Source: Longimicrobiales bacterium
Lineage (GTDB): Bacteria; Gemmatimonadota; Gemmatimonadetes; Longimicrobiales; Gaopeijiaceae
NCBI GenBank assembly: GCA_041690395.1
Contig: JAWLHJ010000005.1
Span: forward strand, 480,001 to 544,000
Length of the DNA: 64,000 bases
Direction of reading: 5' to 3'
The notes under the pieces were generated by a model. The model worked only from the letters and a program-made list of their open reading frames with translations, did no database searches and was not told where the DNA came from. The position numbers and the translations under genes are program-made. Each line of letters begins with the position of its first letter. Position 1 is the stretch's first letter. Shown here one piece after another: positions 9,435 through 18,325 of this stretch.

Positions 9435-9980
9435 TCAGGCCGGCTCCAGCCTCCACGTCCCTTCCGCAGGCCCGGCGCCGTCTTCGTCAAGCACCAGTGC
9501 GCCGCACGTCCACGTTCCCTCGGCGGTTCCGGGCCCCGTGACACGACCCGTCATGCGGCCGATGCCTTCGTAGAACGGGATGTCGGTCGCGAGGTTGACG
9601 GGCGTTTCCAGTGCGATGCTGTCGGCCCCGATCAGCCGGACATGATTCTCCTCGCTCAACAGGAAGGGCGTGAAGACGAGACCCGTGCCGTCGGGGCGCT
9701 CGATGGTCCGCTCCACCTCGCCGCCCCCGGAGGTGACGTAGACGCGCCCCGTCTCCAGGCGTTCGAGGCCGTCCCATTCGAACACGAGATCCATCGTGCA
9801 GGACACCGTGAATCCGTCGTTCGTGCCTCCTGCCTCCCCGGTGACGGTGTACTGGGCCGGCAACTCGAAGATCTCCGGCTCCGCGGGGTCGCTGCCGCAG
9901 CCGGCCGTCGCGACGATCGTCGCCATCCACGCCGGCGCCAGCGTCCGCCATCCCCGTCCCATCCCAAGACCCGATCCCAT
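9435..9980 (-). CDS. Hypothetical lipoprotein
   Basis: Hydrophobic stretch with lipobox ATAGC, then an acidic beta-rich mature region. Confidence 0.6.
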   Translation of the reverse strand: MGSGLGMGRGWRTLAPAWMATIVATAGCGSDPAEPEIFELPAQYTVTGEAGGTNDGFTVSCTMDLVFEWDGLERLETGRVYVTSGGGEVERTIERPDGTGLVFTPFLLSEENHVRLIGADSIALETPVNLATDIPFYEGIGRMTGRVTGPGTAEGTWTCGALVLDEDGAGPAEGTWRLEPA

Positions 9981-10051
9981 CTCCCCCCCTCCGTCGCAAA
10001 AGCGTCGTCCCCATCAGAACGAGTGGGAACGGCAGGACGCTACACGAAGGC

Positions 10052-10525
10052 TCAGCCGCCCGGGCATCCGCATCCCTTGTCGAAGATCACGCGCCAGCGT
10101 CCGTCGGCCTCCAGGCGCCAGACCGAATTGAAGGTGCCGACTTGCTCACCGGCGGGGTTTCGTACGGGCCCCGAGCTGTGGGCGAGCGTACCGGACGCGA
10201 GGACCACGACCTCTTCGGGCTCCCAGGAAAAGGGAGCCTCCTGACCCTGGAAGTAGACCGCCCATCCCTCTACCACGGCCTCGCGGCCCTGGAGGGGTGC
10301 GGCTCCGAAAAAGACCGCATCTTCCGCGACAAGATCGGCAAAGGCCTCGATGTCCCGGTCCGCCATGGTGCGGGCGAAGGCGCGCTCTGCCGCCTCCACC
10401 TGCGACGGGAGATCCGGGTTGGACTGACCGGAAACGCACGAAGAGATCAGGACGAGAGCGAGGGGGACGGCAAGCAGCGCGACAGCGCATGTCCTAACTC
10501 GCGAACTGGAAATGGGAGGTATCAT
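10052..10525 (-). CDS. NTF2-like/DUF4440 (SnoaL-like) secreted protein
   Basis: AERAFARTMADRDIEAFADLVAEDAVFF...GREAV...FNSVWRLEADGRWRVIFDKG; start codon uncertain. Confidence 0.8.
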   Translation of the reverse strand: MIPPISSSRVRTCAVALLAVPLALVLISSCVSGQSNPDLPSQVEAAERAFARTMADRDIEAFADLVAEDAVFFGAAPLQGREAVVEGWAVYFQGQEAPFSWEPEEVVVLASGTLAHSSGPVRNPAGEQVGTFNSVWRLEADGRWRVIFDKGCGCPGG

Positions 10526-10604
10526 GGGACTCGTAGGAATGGGTGGTGGTGTGAGACGCCCATCATGGGGAACGCGACTCCACCGTAACCGGATAGATTG
10601 AGCG

Positions 10605-11204
10605 ATGACCAAGCAGTCGACACTCGTCTCGGCGTGCCTCGTCGTGGCGATAGCATGCGGCGAGGACCCGGTCGGGGTGGCCGAAGAATGCGGCCCTTTC
10701 CCGGAGTGGTCGACCTCGCCGTATGACCTTCCGTACCCGAAGGGACGCTCCTACGAGCTGCGGCAATCGAACTGCTCCGGGTTCGGGCACGTGGGCTTCT
10801 GGAAGCACGGCTACGATTTCATCATGCCGATCGGGACGGTGGTGACGGCGTCCAGGGCCGGCGTGGTCGGTTGGGCGAGAGACGGCTGCTCCGACGGCGA
10901 TCGGGCATGCACGAACCTGATCACCGTCATCCACGAGGACGAAACCGTTGCACTCTACTCGCACCTCACGCTCGACGGTGTCCTCGTGAGATCCGGCGAT
11001 ACGGTCGCCCAGGGAGACACGATTGGCTTGAGCGGCAACACGGGCTTGTCGACGGAACCTCACCTGCACTTCTCGCTGCATCCCTGCAACGAGCTGCCGG
11101 GGCTTCCAGCCACAGGTCATTGTCCCAGCCTTCCGTTCACGGTGCGGAACACGGACCCGAACCCGGGCGGACTGGAAGCCTTTCGATGGTACGAGGCGCG
11201 GTAA
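10605..11204 (+). CDS. M23 family metallopeptidase, lipoprotein
   Basis: DFIMPIGTVVTASRAGVV, YSHL, IGLSGNTGLSTEPHLHF; lipobox AIAC. Confidence 0.85.
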   Translation: MTKQSTLVSACLVVAIACGEDPVGVAEECGPFPEWSTSPYDLPYPKGRSYELRQSNCSGFGHVGFWKHGYDFIMPIGTVVTASRAGVVGWARDGCSDGDRACTNLITVIHEDETVALYSHLTLDGVLVRSGDTVAQGDTIGLSGNTGLSTEPHLHFSLHPCNELPGLPATGHCPSLPFTVRNTDPNPGGLEAFRWYEAR

Positions 11205-11910
11205 CAACTGCCGGTTCAAGGGAACTCGGCCCCTCGACATCGTCCGACCACGATCCGACGGGCAAGATGAGGTAGTTGAAGATGCGTCCCAGGTGGCTGA
11301 CCATGATCGAGCTCCCCTCGGGGAGGGCCATACCCTCGTTGGAGAAGCCCGGATCGAAGATCATGACGTGCGGCCGCCATGCCCCGATGGCGGGTCCGTC
11401 GGGCGCCGAGTGTAGCCGCTGGTTTCGGGAGAGCATGGTCGTGAACACGGGCCGGGTCGGCTCGGGAAGCACTCCTGCGCGGTAGAGGGCCTCGACAGAG
11501 TCGACGGCCGCCTGGTACGGGAGCCCGCCCGCGCGCAGCCGCTCGATCCGCACGACTCCCGGGACCAGCGTCCGCGTGCCTTCGGGATCGTAGCAGATCG
11601 GCGCCACGCTTTCCGGGTGATCACGATCGACGAGGCACGTCCATCCGTTCGTGCCGGCGGCGTGCAGCCGGTAGCCGTCCTCGTAGAGCACCCACACGTC
11701 CGCATGGTCGGAGATGTCCGAGTCGGCCGCGGACCGGGCCAGGGCCGCCTCCTCGGCCGGCGGCATCAGGACGAGGGGCGTCCGCTGGGCCCGAGAAGGG
11801 ACCGGCAGGGCGATGAGTAGGAGCAGCGCGCTCACCGCGGCCCGTACGCGGGGCCGGGGTGACGCCGGTGGCGGGCGGCGGATCGGGGATGGGTGGGTCG
11901 GGCGTTGCAT
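11137..11910 (-). CDS. Hypothetical secreted protein
   Basis: GGAGG RBS before ATG 11910; signal peptide ending SRAQ; core ALARSAA...GTNGWTCLV...PICYD...WRPHVM looks conserved; 3' end overlaps the M23 gene. Confidence 0.65.
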   Translation of the reverse strand: MQRPTHPSPIRRPPPASPRPRVRAAVSALLLLIALPVPSRAQRTPLVLMPPAEEAALARSAADSDISDHADVWVLYEDGYRLHAAGTNGWTCLVDRDHPESVAPICYDPEGTRTLVPGVVRIERLRAGGLPYQAAVDSVEALYRAGVLPEPTRPVFTTMLSRNQRLHSAPDGPAIGAWRPHVMIFDPGFSNEGMALPEGSSIMVSHLGRIFNYLILPVGSWSDDVEGPSSLEPAVVTAPRTIERLPVRPGSGPCSAP

Positions 11911-12012
11911 GGGGACCTCCGGTGTCCGAGTGAGCAGGTCTGCCCCCCAGACGCACGAAGTTCTCGAGAATCGACACTGCCCGAATCCCTTTCCAACCTT
12001 TCTCATTTAGGA

Positions 12013-12037
12013 TGCGTCGTATACGAAACACGACACA
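12013..12037. promoter_or_regulatory. Inverted-repeat operator candidate upstream of PadR (12053)
   Basis: TGCGTCGT-N9-ACGACACA (7/8 pairs), overlapping the perfect palindrome TCGTATACGA (12017-12026). Confidence 0.45.
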
Positions 12038-12052
12038 CGAACGGGAGTGGAG

Positions 12053-12373
12053 ATGTCGGTCGGAGAACTGGAGGTGCTGCTGCTACTGGCGGTCCTGCGG
12101 CTCGATGAAGAGGCGTACGGAGTCGCGATTCGCGACGAACTCGATGCGCGCACCGGTCGAAGGCTGACGCGCGGCGCGGTCTACACCGCACTCCGTCGCC
12201 TCGAATCCAAGGGGCTGATCGAAGGCCGTCTCGGGGAGGCCACGCCGGTTCGTGGCGGACGGGCGAAGCGGTACCTGAGCCTCACCCCATCGGGCATTGC
12301 GGCGGTCCGGTCCGCGGCGAACGACCTGGACCGGATGCGTGCCGGCCTCGACCTCTCCACCGAGCCGGGCTGA
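12053..12373 (+). CDS. PadR family transcriptional regulator
   Basis: GELEVLLLLAVLRL..EAYGVAIRDEL...GAVYTALRRLESKGLI...RGGRAKRY; TGATG overlap with the permease. Confidence 0.9.
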   Translation: MSVGELEVLLLLAVLRLDEEAYGVAIRDELDARTGRRLTRGAVYTALRRLESKGLIEGRLGEATPVRGGRAKRYLSLTPSGIAAVRSAANDLDRMRAGLDLSTEPG

Positions 12374-15018
12374 TGCGTCCGTCGATCGCCATGCGCCGGC
12401 TCCTCGACCGCCTGCTCGGTCCTGATGAGCAGCATCATGTCGGTGACCTGGATGAGGAGCTCGCTCGACGCACGGGCGCGCGCACGCCGAACTGGAAGGA
12501 CGAGCTCTGGTACCTCCGAGAGGCCACATCCCTCCTGCTGGCCTACCTGCGCGGCCACCTGTTCCCCCGGCCCACACTGCGCTCCGCCCCAACCCACACC
12601 ACCAGGAGCCCCCGCATGTTCGAAGACCTGTTGCGCGATCTCCGCATGGCGCTGCGCTCCTCGATCCGCACCCCGGGCGTGACGCTGGTAGTCGCCACCA
12701 CTCTGGCGGTGGCAACCGCCGCGACCATCGCGATGTTCGCCGTGGCCGATGCGGCCTTCCTGCGGCCGCTTCCCTGGCCCAATGAGGAGCGGCTCGTGCG
12801 CTTCCATACGGGCTTCGACGGCGGGAGCGGCTCGGTGGACGCGATATCGCCCCTCGACGCCAGAGGGATTGCCTCGGCGACGGGACAGATCGAGGAGGTC
12901 GGGATCTGGACCCTGGGGGAGACCGTGCACCTCACCAGCGTGGTGGAGCCGGTTCGCCTGGAGGCGCCGCGGGCCTCGGTTGGGCTCTTCAGGATCCTGG
13001 GTGCGGAGCCCGTAGCAGGTCGCTTCTTCGTCGCCGACGAGGAGGTCCCCGGCGGGGACCGGGCCGTGGTGCTATCACACCGGCTTTGGACCGATGCATG
13101 GGGTGCGGATCCGGGCGTCGTCGGGACCAGCATCGAGCTCGACGGAGCGGCCTACCAGGTGGTGGGGGTCGCGCCCAAGAACGGGATGCTCCCGGTGGGC
13201 GCGGATCTGTGGCGGGCCCTCGCCCTCGGACCCGAGTGGTACGAGGAGGACCGATGGGGCTGGCAGTTCCTCGCCGCCCTGGGACGGCTGACCCCCGGGA
13301 CGGACGTGGCGACGGCGCAGACCGAGCTGACCCGCCGCTTCGTGGAAGAGACGGCCGGGAGCAGGGAAGGGCAGATGCGCGTCCTCCGACCCCTGAGAGA
13401 GGAACTGGTGGGGAGCGCCCGTGCCGGCATCCTCGTGCTCTCGATCGCGGTGGGTCTGCTTCTGCTCATCGCCTGCCTCAACATCGCTTCGGTCCTCCTG
13501 GCCCGCGCCCAGACGCGGGCTGCGGAGTTCGGGCTGCGGCGGGCGCTCGGCGTGGGGGGGAGTCGGCTGGCCCGTCAGGTGATGCTGGAGACCGGCGTCA
13601 TGGCCACGCTGGGTACCGCGGCCGGCCTCGGGCTCGCCGCCGCAGCGATCCGGTTCCTCTCGCTCTCGCAGCTCGAAGCCCTGTTCGCTCTGGGACCCCT
13701 CTCGATCGACCTCCGGGTCGGGGCCTTCGCCGTAGCGATCGTGCTCATCGCGACGGTCGCCTTCGGAATGGCACCCGTGGCCGCCGCCATCGGCGCCGAC
13801 CCTGCCGGTGCCCTCCAGGGAGGGACGCGGCGAACGGCGGGCGGTCGGAGCGCGACGCGGCTGCGGGCCGGTCTGGTGACGGCACAGATCGCCGTGGCCC
13901 TGGTCCTCCTGGTGGCGGTGAGCGTCTCCACGTCGACCTATCGCGGGATCTCGAGCCGTGATCAGGGCTTCGATCCCGATGGGGTTCTGGCGACATCCGT
14001 CGAGCTGCCTGCCGGAACGGAGGCGGATGAGGCGTTCGCGCTCTATCGAGCGACCCTCGAACGGATGGCTGCGCTCCCGGGGGTGGAGTGGGCGGGGGGC
14101 GGCAGCTACCTCCCGCTCGAAGGTACCGGATGGTCGGCCTCTTTCGCCATCGCCGAACCGGACGACCCGCTGGTCGATCCGGGCGCGAACATGCGCCCGG
14201 TTACGCCGGGATACTTCGAGGCGATGGGAATCCGTGTCCTGGAGGGCAGGGGCCTGACGGAATCCGACGTAGCCGGTGGCGTGCCCGTAGTCGTCATCGA
14301 CCGGACCGTGGCGGAGCGCTTCTGGCCGGAGAGCAGTCCCATCGGGAGCCAGGTCTCGGTGGGAGGCTTGTCGCGGGACCTGGCGACCGTGGTCGGCATC
14401 GTCACGGACGTTCCACATGAGCGGCCGGACCAGACGGACGGAGGGCACGTGTACTTCTCGCTCCTTCAACGGGCACAGCGATCGGTCACCTTCGTAGCGC
14501 GCACGGACGGCGACCCCCTGACCCTCGCCGAGCCCGTGCGGAGCATCCTACGGGAGGTTGCACCACGGGCCGCCGTGACCGACGTGTCCCTGATGGCCAC
14601 CCGCGTGCGCGCGTCGATGGCCGGTCCCCGGCTGAGCCTGACCCTCCTGGCGATCTTCGGGGGCGTAGCCCTCTTCCTGGCTGCCGTCGGAGTGTACGGG
14701 ATCCTGGCCTTCACCGTCGCACGCCGTACCCGCGAGATCGGCACCCGGTTGGCGCTGGGAGCCACGCCCAGGGCGGTCGTGGGGGCGGTGGTCCGGCAGG
14801 CGATGGGCTACTGCTGCGTCGGGATTCTCGTGGGTGGCATCTCCTCCTACCTGCTGCTCCAGTGGCTGACGCGCCTGGTCGTCGAGCTTCAGGGCGCGGA
14901 TGCCACGGCCTATCTCCTGGCGCCCGCCATCCTGGCGGCTTCCTCCGTGCTGGCCGCCCTTGTACCGGCGGTCAATGCTGCGCGGCTGGATCCGAACCTG
15001 GCGTTGCGGGAGGACTGA
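12373..15018 (+). CDS. Duplicated MacB/FtsX-type orphan ABC permease (ADOP-like) with N-terminal prefix
   Basis: DLRMALRS, LLIACLNIASVLLAR, TREIGTRLALGA, AARLDPNLALRED; prefix contains GDLDEE...WYLRE. Confidence 0.9.
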   Translation: MRPSIAMRRLLDRLLGPDEQHHVGDLDEELARRTGARTPNWKDELWYLREATSLLLAYLRGHLFPRPTLRSAPTHTTRSPRMFEDLLRDLRMALRSSIRTPGVTLVVATTLAVATAATIAMFAVADAAFLRPLPWPNEERLVRFHTGFDGGSGSVDAISPLDARGIASATGQIEEVGIWTLGETVHLTSVVEPVRLEAPRASVGLFRILGAEPVAGRFFVADEEVPGGDRAVVLSHRLWTDAWGADPGVVGTSIELDGAAYQVVGVAPKNGMLPVGADLWRALALGPEWYEEDRWGWQFLAALGRLTPGTDVATAQTELTRRFVEETAGSREGQMRVLRPLREELVGSARAGILVLSIAVGLLLLIACLNIASVLLARAQTRAAEFGLRRALGVGGSRLARQVMLETGVMATLGTAAGLGLAAAAIRFLSLSQLEALFALGPLSIDLRVGAFAVAIVLIATVAFGMAPVAAAIGADPAGALQGGTRRTAGGRSATRLRAGLVTAQIAVALVLLVAVSVSTSTYRGISSRDQGFDPDGVLATSVELPAGTEADEAFALYRATLERMAALPGVEWAGGGSYLPLEGTGWSASFAIAEPDDPLVDPGANMRPVTPGYFEAMGIRVLEGRGLTESDVAGGVPVVVIDRTVAERFWPESSPIGSQVSVGGLSRDLATVVGIVTDVPHERPDQTDGGHVYFSLLQRAQRSVTFVARTDGDPLTLAEPVRSILREVAPRAAVTDVSLMATRVRASMAGPRLSLTLLAIFGGVALFLAAVGVYGILAFTVARRTREIGTRLALGATPRAVVGAVVRQAMGYCCVGILVGGISSYLLLQWLTRLVVELQGADATAYLLAPAILAASSVLAALVPAVNAARLDPNLALRED

Positions 15019-15059
15019 TTGCCGCCGGGTCCGTGGGCGGAATCGTGTCGCGCGTCCAC

Positions 15060-17750
15060 TCAGCCCGGCCTCAGCGAAACCATCGGATCGACCTTCGCGG
15101 CGCGGCGCGCAGGCAGCCAGGCGGACACGAGTCCGACGACGGTGAGCAGGACCGGCGTCAGCACGAGCGCGACCGGATCCCACGGTTGCACGTGGAAGAG
15201 CAGGGAGCGCGCCGCGAGTCCCGCCACGAATGCTGCTGCGAGACCGACTGCCACTCCGGCGCCGATCCAGCGGAGGGCTTCACCAAGCGCGTGGCGCGTC
15301 AGCTCCGGACCGCGGGCGCCGAGCGCGAGCCTCACGCCGTACTCGCGCCGTCTGCGACGGACGGAGAACCCGACCGCACCCGCGAGCCCGATCGAGGCCA
15401 GCGCGAGAGCAGCACCGCCGAACAGCTGCATCAGCGCACCGCGTAGGCGGAACCCGGCGACGCGCTCGTCACGGTAGTCGGAGAGGGGTCGGATCGATCG
15501 CACCGGCTCCCGGGGATCGGCCTCTTGCACGGTGGCACGCAGAGCCGCCGCCTCGAGACGCGCGTTCGGGGTTCCCCGAACCACGATGCTCAGGCCGCGA
15601 CCAAGGCCGTTCCACGGTTCCTGGGCGGCCGACAAATAGACGTTGGGGTCGGGCTCCACGGCGGGCCCCCGTGCGTGGACGTCCTCGACGATGCCGACCA
15701 CCGCGAACGTGTCACCGTGCACCAGGGCGCGACGGCCGAGCACGTCCCCTTCCGGCCAGAACAGATCGGCTGCCGAACGGGAGATGACCATCGCTCCGGC
15801 CGCGTCGCGGTTGTCCTCCCAGCCCAGGGTCCTTCCGTGGATGAGGGGGACTCCGAGCGCCTCCAGGAATCCGGGTGTCGCGGACCGGACCTCCGCGCAG
15901 AGGGCTTCACCGGGCCCGCGCGGCGGGCCATCGAGAGGCGTGACCCCGTCGCAGGACCGATTGGTCGTGAGGGGCACGATGTCCGCGGCCCCCGCGGCAC
16001 GCACGCCGTCGAGCGCGGAGAGCCGACTGAACACATCGCGGTATACGGATGCGGCCTCATCGTCCGATCGCGCGAACATGCCGAGGCCATGCATTTCGAG
16101 CACGAGGGCGTCTTCCGTGTCGATCCCGAGATCCACGTCATAGAGTCGGGTCACACTTCGTGCCGTGAGGCCGGCTCCGAAAAGGAGCACCACGGTGGCT
16201 GCGATCTGGCCCACCAGAAGACCGCGTCGGAGGGGCCCGCTCAGGCCGGCGGCACCGGCGCGCAGGTCCGCACGGGCCAGACCATCTTCGGGAGTGATAC
16301 GCCCGAGCGGCAGCAGCCCCAGCACGAGGCTGACCCCCAGCACCACAGTGAGAACGAATGCGAGCACCTGCACGTCCAGCGTCAGGTCCTGGATGCCGGG
16401 TAAGCTGGTTGTGGCGAGCTGCCTGACGGCCTCGATGCCGGCGACCGCCAGCCCGATACCAGCCAGGCCGGCCGCGGCGGCGAGCACTGTTCCTTCCGCG
16501 AGGAGCTCGCCGAAGAGCTGGGCGCGGCTGGCTCCGAGGGCACGCCGAACTCGCCAATCGTTCGCGCGATCCACGGTTCGGTTGACGACCAGGCTCGCCG
16601 CGTTCAGGACGGATATCGCCAGGAGTATTCCAACGGACGCAAGCAGGACAATGAGCCCAGAGCGGACCGGACCGACGACGGGCTCCCGAATCGGGCTGAC
16701 GTGGATCGTCTGATCGCGGCTCTCCTCGGGATAGATCTCGCCCAGCGTGGCCATGACGTCCCGCGCTTCCGCTTCCGCGACGCCGATGCCTACACCTCCT
16801 GCGAGCCGCCCGATGCCCCGCCACGAGCGACCGCCCCTGGGCCAATCGGAGACGTCGATCCCCGACGTGCGCCAGATCTCGGGGATGTCGCCGTCGAATG
16901 TGAGAAGGCGCGGATCCTCATACCGCTCCGGGAGGACACCGACGATCTCGTAGCCGGTGCCGCTCATCTGTACGGTGCGTCCGACCACGTCCGCATCTCC
17001 ACCGAAGACGCGGATCCAGAGGTCGTGCGACAGGATAGCCACCGGGGCGCGTCCGGCACCTTCGTCGGCGGCAGTGAAGAGTCGGCCGAGGGCGGGGTCG
17101 ACTCCCAACAACCGGAAGTAGTTCCACGATACCGTCCCTCCCGGCGCGACCGTCGGTGGCCCGTCGCCGGGTTCGATGGCCGGGAGCCACGCGCGTATGG
17201 CTGCGGTCCCCGCGAAGGAACGCGAACGTTCGGCCAGATCTCTGACCTCGGGATAAGAGACCGTTCCGATCGTGATCGGTTCACCGATCCTGCCGCCCTG
17301 AAGGGCGACGAGCCGGTCCTCGTCCGGAAAACCGAGCGGCTGGAGCAGCACATGGTCCGCTACTGCGAAGAGCACGGTCGTACATGCAATCCCGAGGGCC
17401 AAAGTGCTCGCCCCCGCAACGAAGAAGCCGGGGCTCCGCGTCCATGAACGCACCGCCCGACGCACGGATCCCAAGCGCCAAACCTTCATCATGTCACCCA
17501 TCCTCCTCCCCCACACGGTTGATGCTAGATGGAGCGCATCCAGCGGCGCCCCTCGAACCCGCTCTTCCGCCAATGCCGCGGTCCCCTCATCCCAAATGGA
17601 GGACGGCCCGAAGTGTGCGTCCAACTCGCTTTCCCACTCTCGAAGCCAGCGACTGCGGTGCTGCCGCGGCACCATCCGAGCGCAGCGGCGGAGCCTCCTG
17701 CTGATCCTGGACCGGGCGGTCGCATGTCGACGCTCCGACCGAGGGTTCAT
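15060..17750 (-). CDS. Duplicated MacB/FtsX-type orphan ABC permease (ADOP-like) with N-terminal prefix
   Basis: LALGIACTTVLF, LLAISVLNAASL, RRREYGVRLALGA, PARRAAKVDPMVSLRPG; ATGA overlap with the PadR stop. Confidence 0.9.
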   Translation of the reverse strand: MNPRSERRHATARSRISRRLRRCARMVPRQHRSRWLREWESELDAHFGPSSIWDEGTAALAEERVRGAPLDALHLASTVWGRRMGDMMKVWRLGSVRRAVRSWTRSPGFFVAGASTLALGIACTTVLFAVADHVLLQPLGFPDEDRLVALQGGRIGEPITIGTVSYPEVRDLAERSRSFAGTAAIRAWLPAIEPGDGPPTVAPGGTVSWNYFRLLGVDPALGRLFTAADEGAGRAPVAILSHDLWIRVFGGDADVVGRTVQMSGTGYEIVGVLPERYEDPRLLTFDGDIPEIWRTSGIDVSDWPRGGRSWRGIGRLAGGVGIGVAEAEARDVMATLGEIYPEESRDQTIHVSPIREPVVGPVRSGLIVLLASVGILLAISVLNAASLVVNRTVDRANDWRVRRALGASRAQLFGELLAEGTVLAAAAGLAGIGLAVAGIEAVRQLATTSLPGIQDLTLDVQVLAFVLTVVLGVSLVLGLLPLGRITPEDGLARADLRAGAAGLSGPLRRGLLVGQIAATVVLLFGAGLTARSVTRLYDVDLGIDTEDALVLEMHGLGMFARSDDEAASVYRDVFSRLSALDGVRAAGAADIVPLTTNRSCDGVTPLDGPPRGPGEALCAEVRSATPGFLEALGVPLIHGRTLGWEDNRDAAGAMVISRSAADLFWPEGDVLGRRALVHGDTFAVVGIVEDVHARGPAVEPDPNVYLSAAQEPWNGLGRGLSIVVRGTPNARLEAAALRATVQEADPREPVRSIRPLSDYRDERVAGFRLRGALMQLFGGAALALASIGLAGAVGFSVRRRRREYGVRLALGARGPELTRHALGEALRWIGAGVAVGLAAAFVAGLAARSLLFHVQPWDPVALVLTPVLLTVVGLVSAWLPARRAAKVDPMVSLRPG

Positions 17751-18061
17751 CCGGTGCCCTCCGGCGAGAGGAGATCGCGAGCCGCGCCTTGGGACTCGGA
17801 CACCTTGGCGTGTGCCTCCGCGACACGCTTCTTCCCCGCTTCCGTCAGGGAATAGACACGGCGAGTAGGGCGTCCCGGTCCACGGGCATCGGAGAGGTCC
17901 TCCTCCCAGTGACTCACCACCGACCCTTGCTCTTCGAGGCGACGGAGCGCCGGGTAGACGCTGCCGCTCGCCAGGCCCGTCGCGTCCATGATGTCGAAGC
18001 CGTATACGTGGCCCTTTCGAAGGGCCAGGAGGATCAGGGCGGTCGCGCGGCGAATGCTCAT
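17747..18061 (-). CDS. PadR family transcriptional regulator
   Basis: YGFDIMDATGLASGSVYPALRRLEEQG...RRVYSLTEAG; GGAG-free leader but ATG 18061. Confidence 0.9.
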   Translation of the reverse strand: MSIRRATALILLALRKGHVYGFDIMDATGLASGSVYPALRRLEEQGSVVSHWEEDLSDARGPGRPTRRVYSLTEAGKKRVAEAHAKVSESQGAARDLLSPEGTG

Positions 18062-18095
18062 GGAGGCAGTCGTCTCCAGATGGACGGGCTTGTTA

Positions 18096-18111
18096 GTGTC
18101 GTATTCTACAT
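18096..18111. promoter_or_regulatory. PadR-box-like site upstream of PadR (17747-18061)
   Basis: GTGT-CGTATTCT-ACAT is one mismatch from the ATGT-N8-ACAT motif described for PadR-family operators; lies in an AT-rich patch. Confidence 0.5.
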
Positions 18112-18325
18112 AATTGGATCAGAGTCTGGGCACAAGGGAGACGGAGGTCGCGCTGGTGGTCTCGGTCGGGGTGCCCCAACCGGGGCAGACGAGCCTGGCA
18201 GTGCGGGAGAAGCCTGACGGGGTACCATAAGAGGATAGCGCTCGCGCTTCACCGTCGCGATGTTCGAGACGATAGAGTAGGTAGGCGCGTACGGCGCAGA
18301 ACCGTGTCCCACGAACACCAGATCC

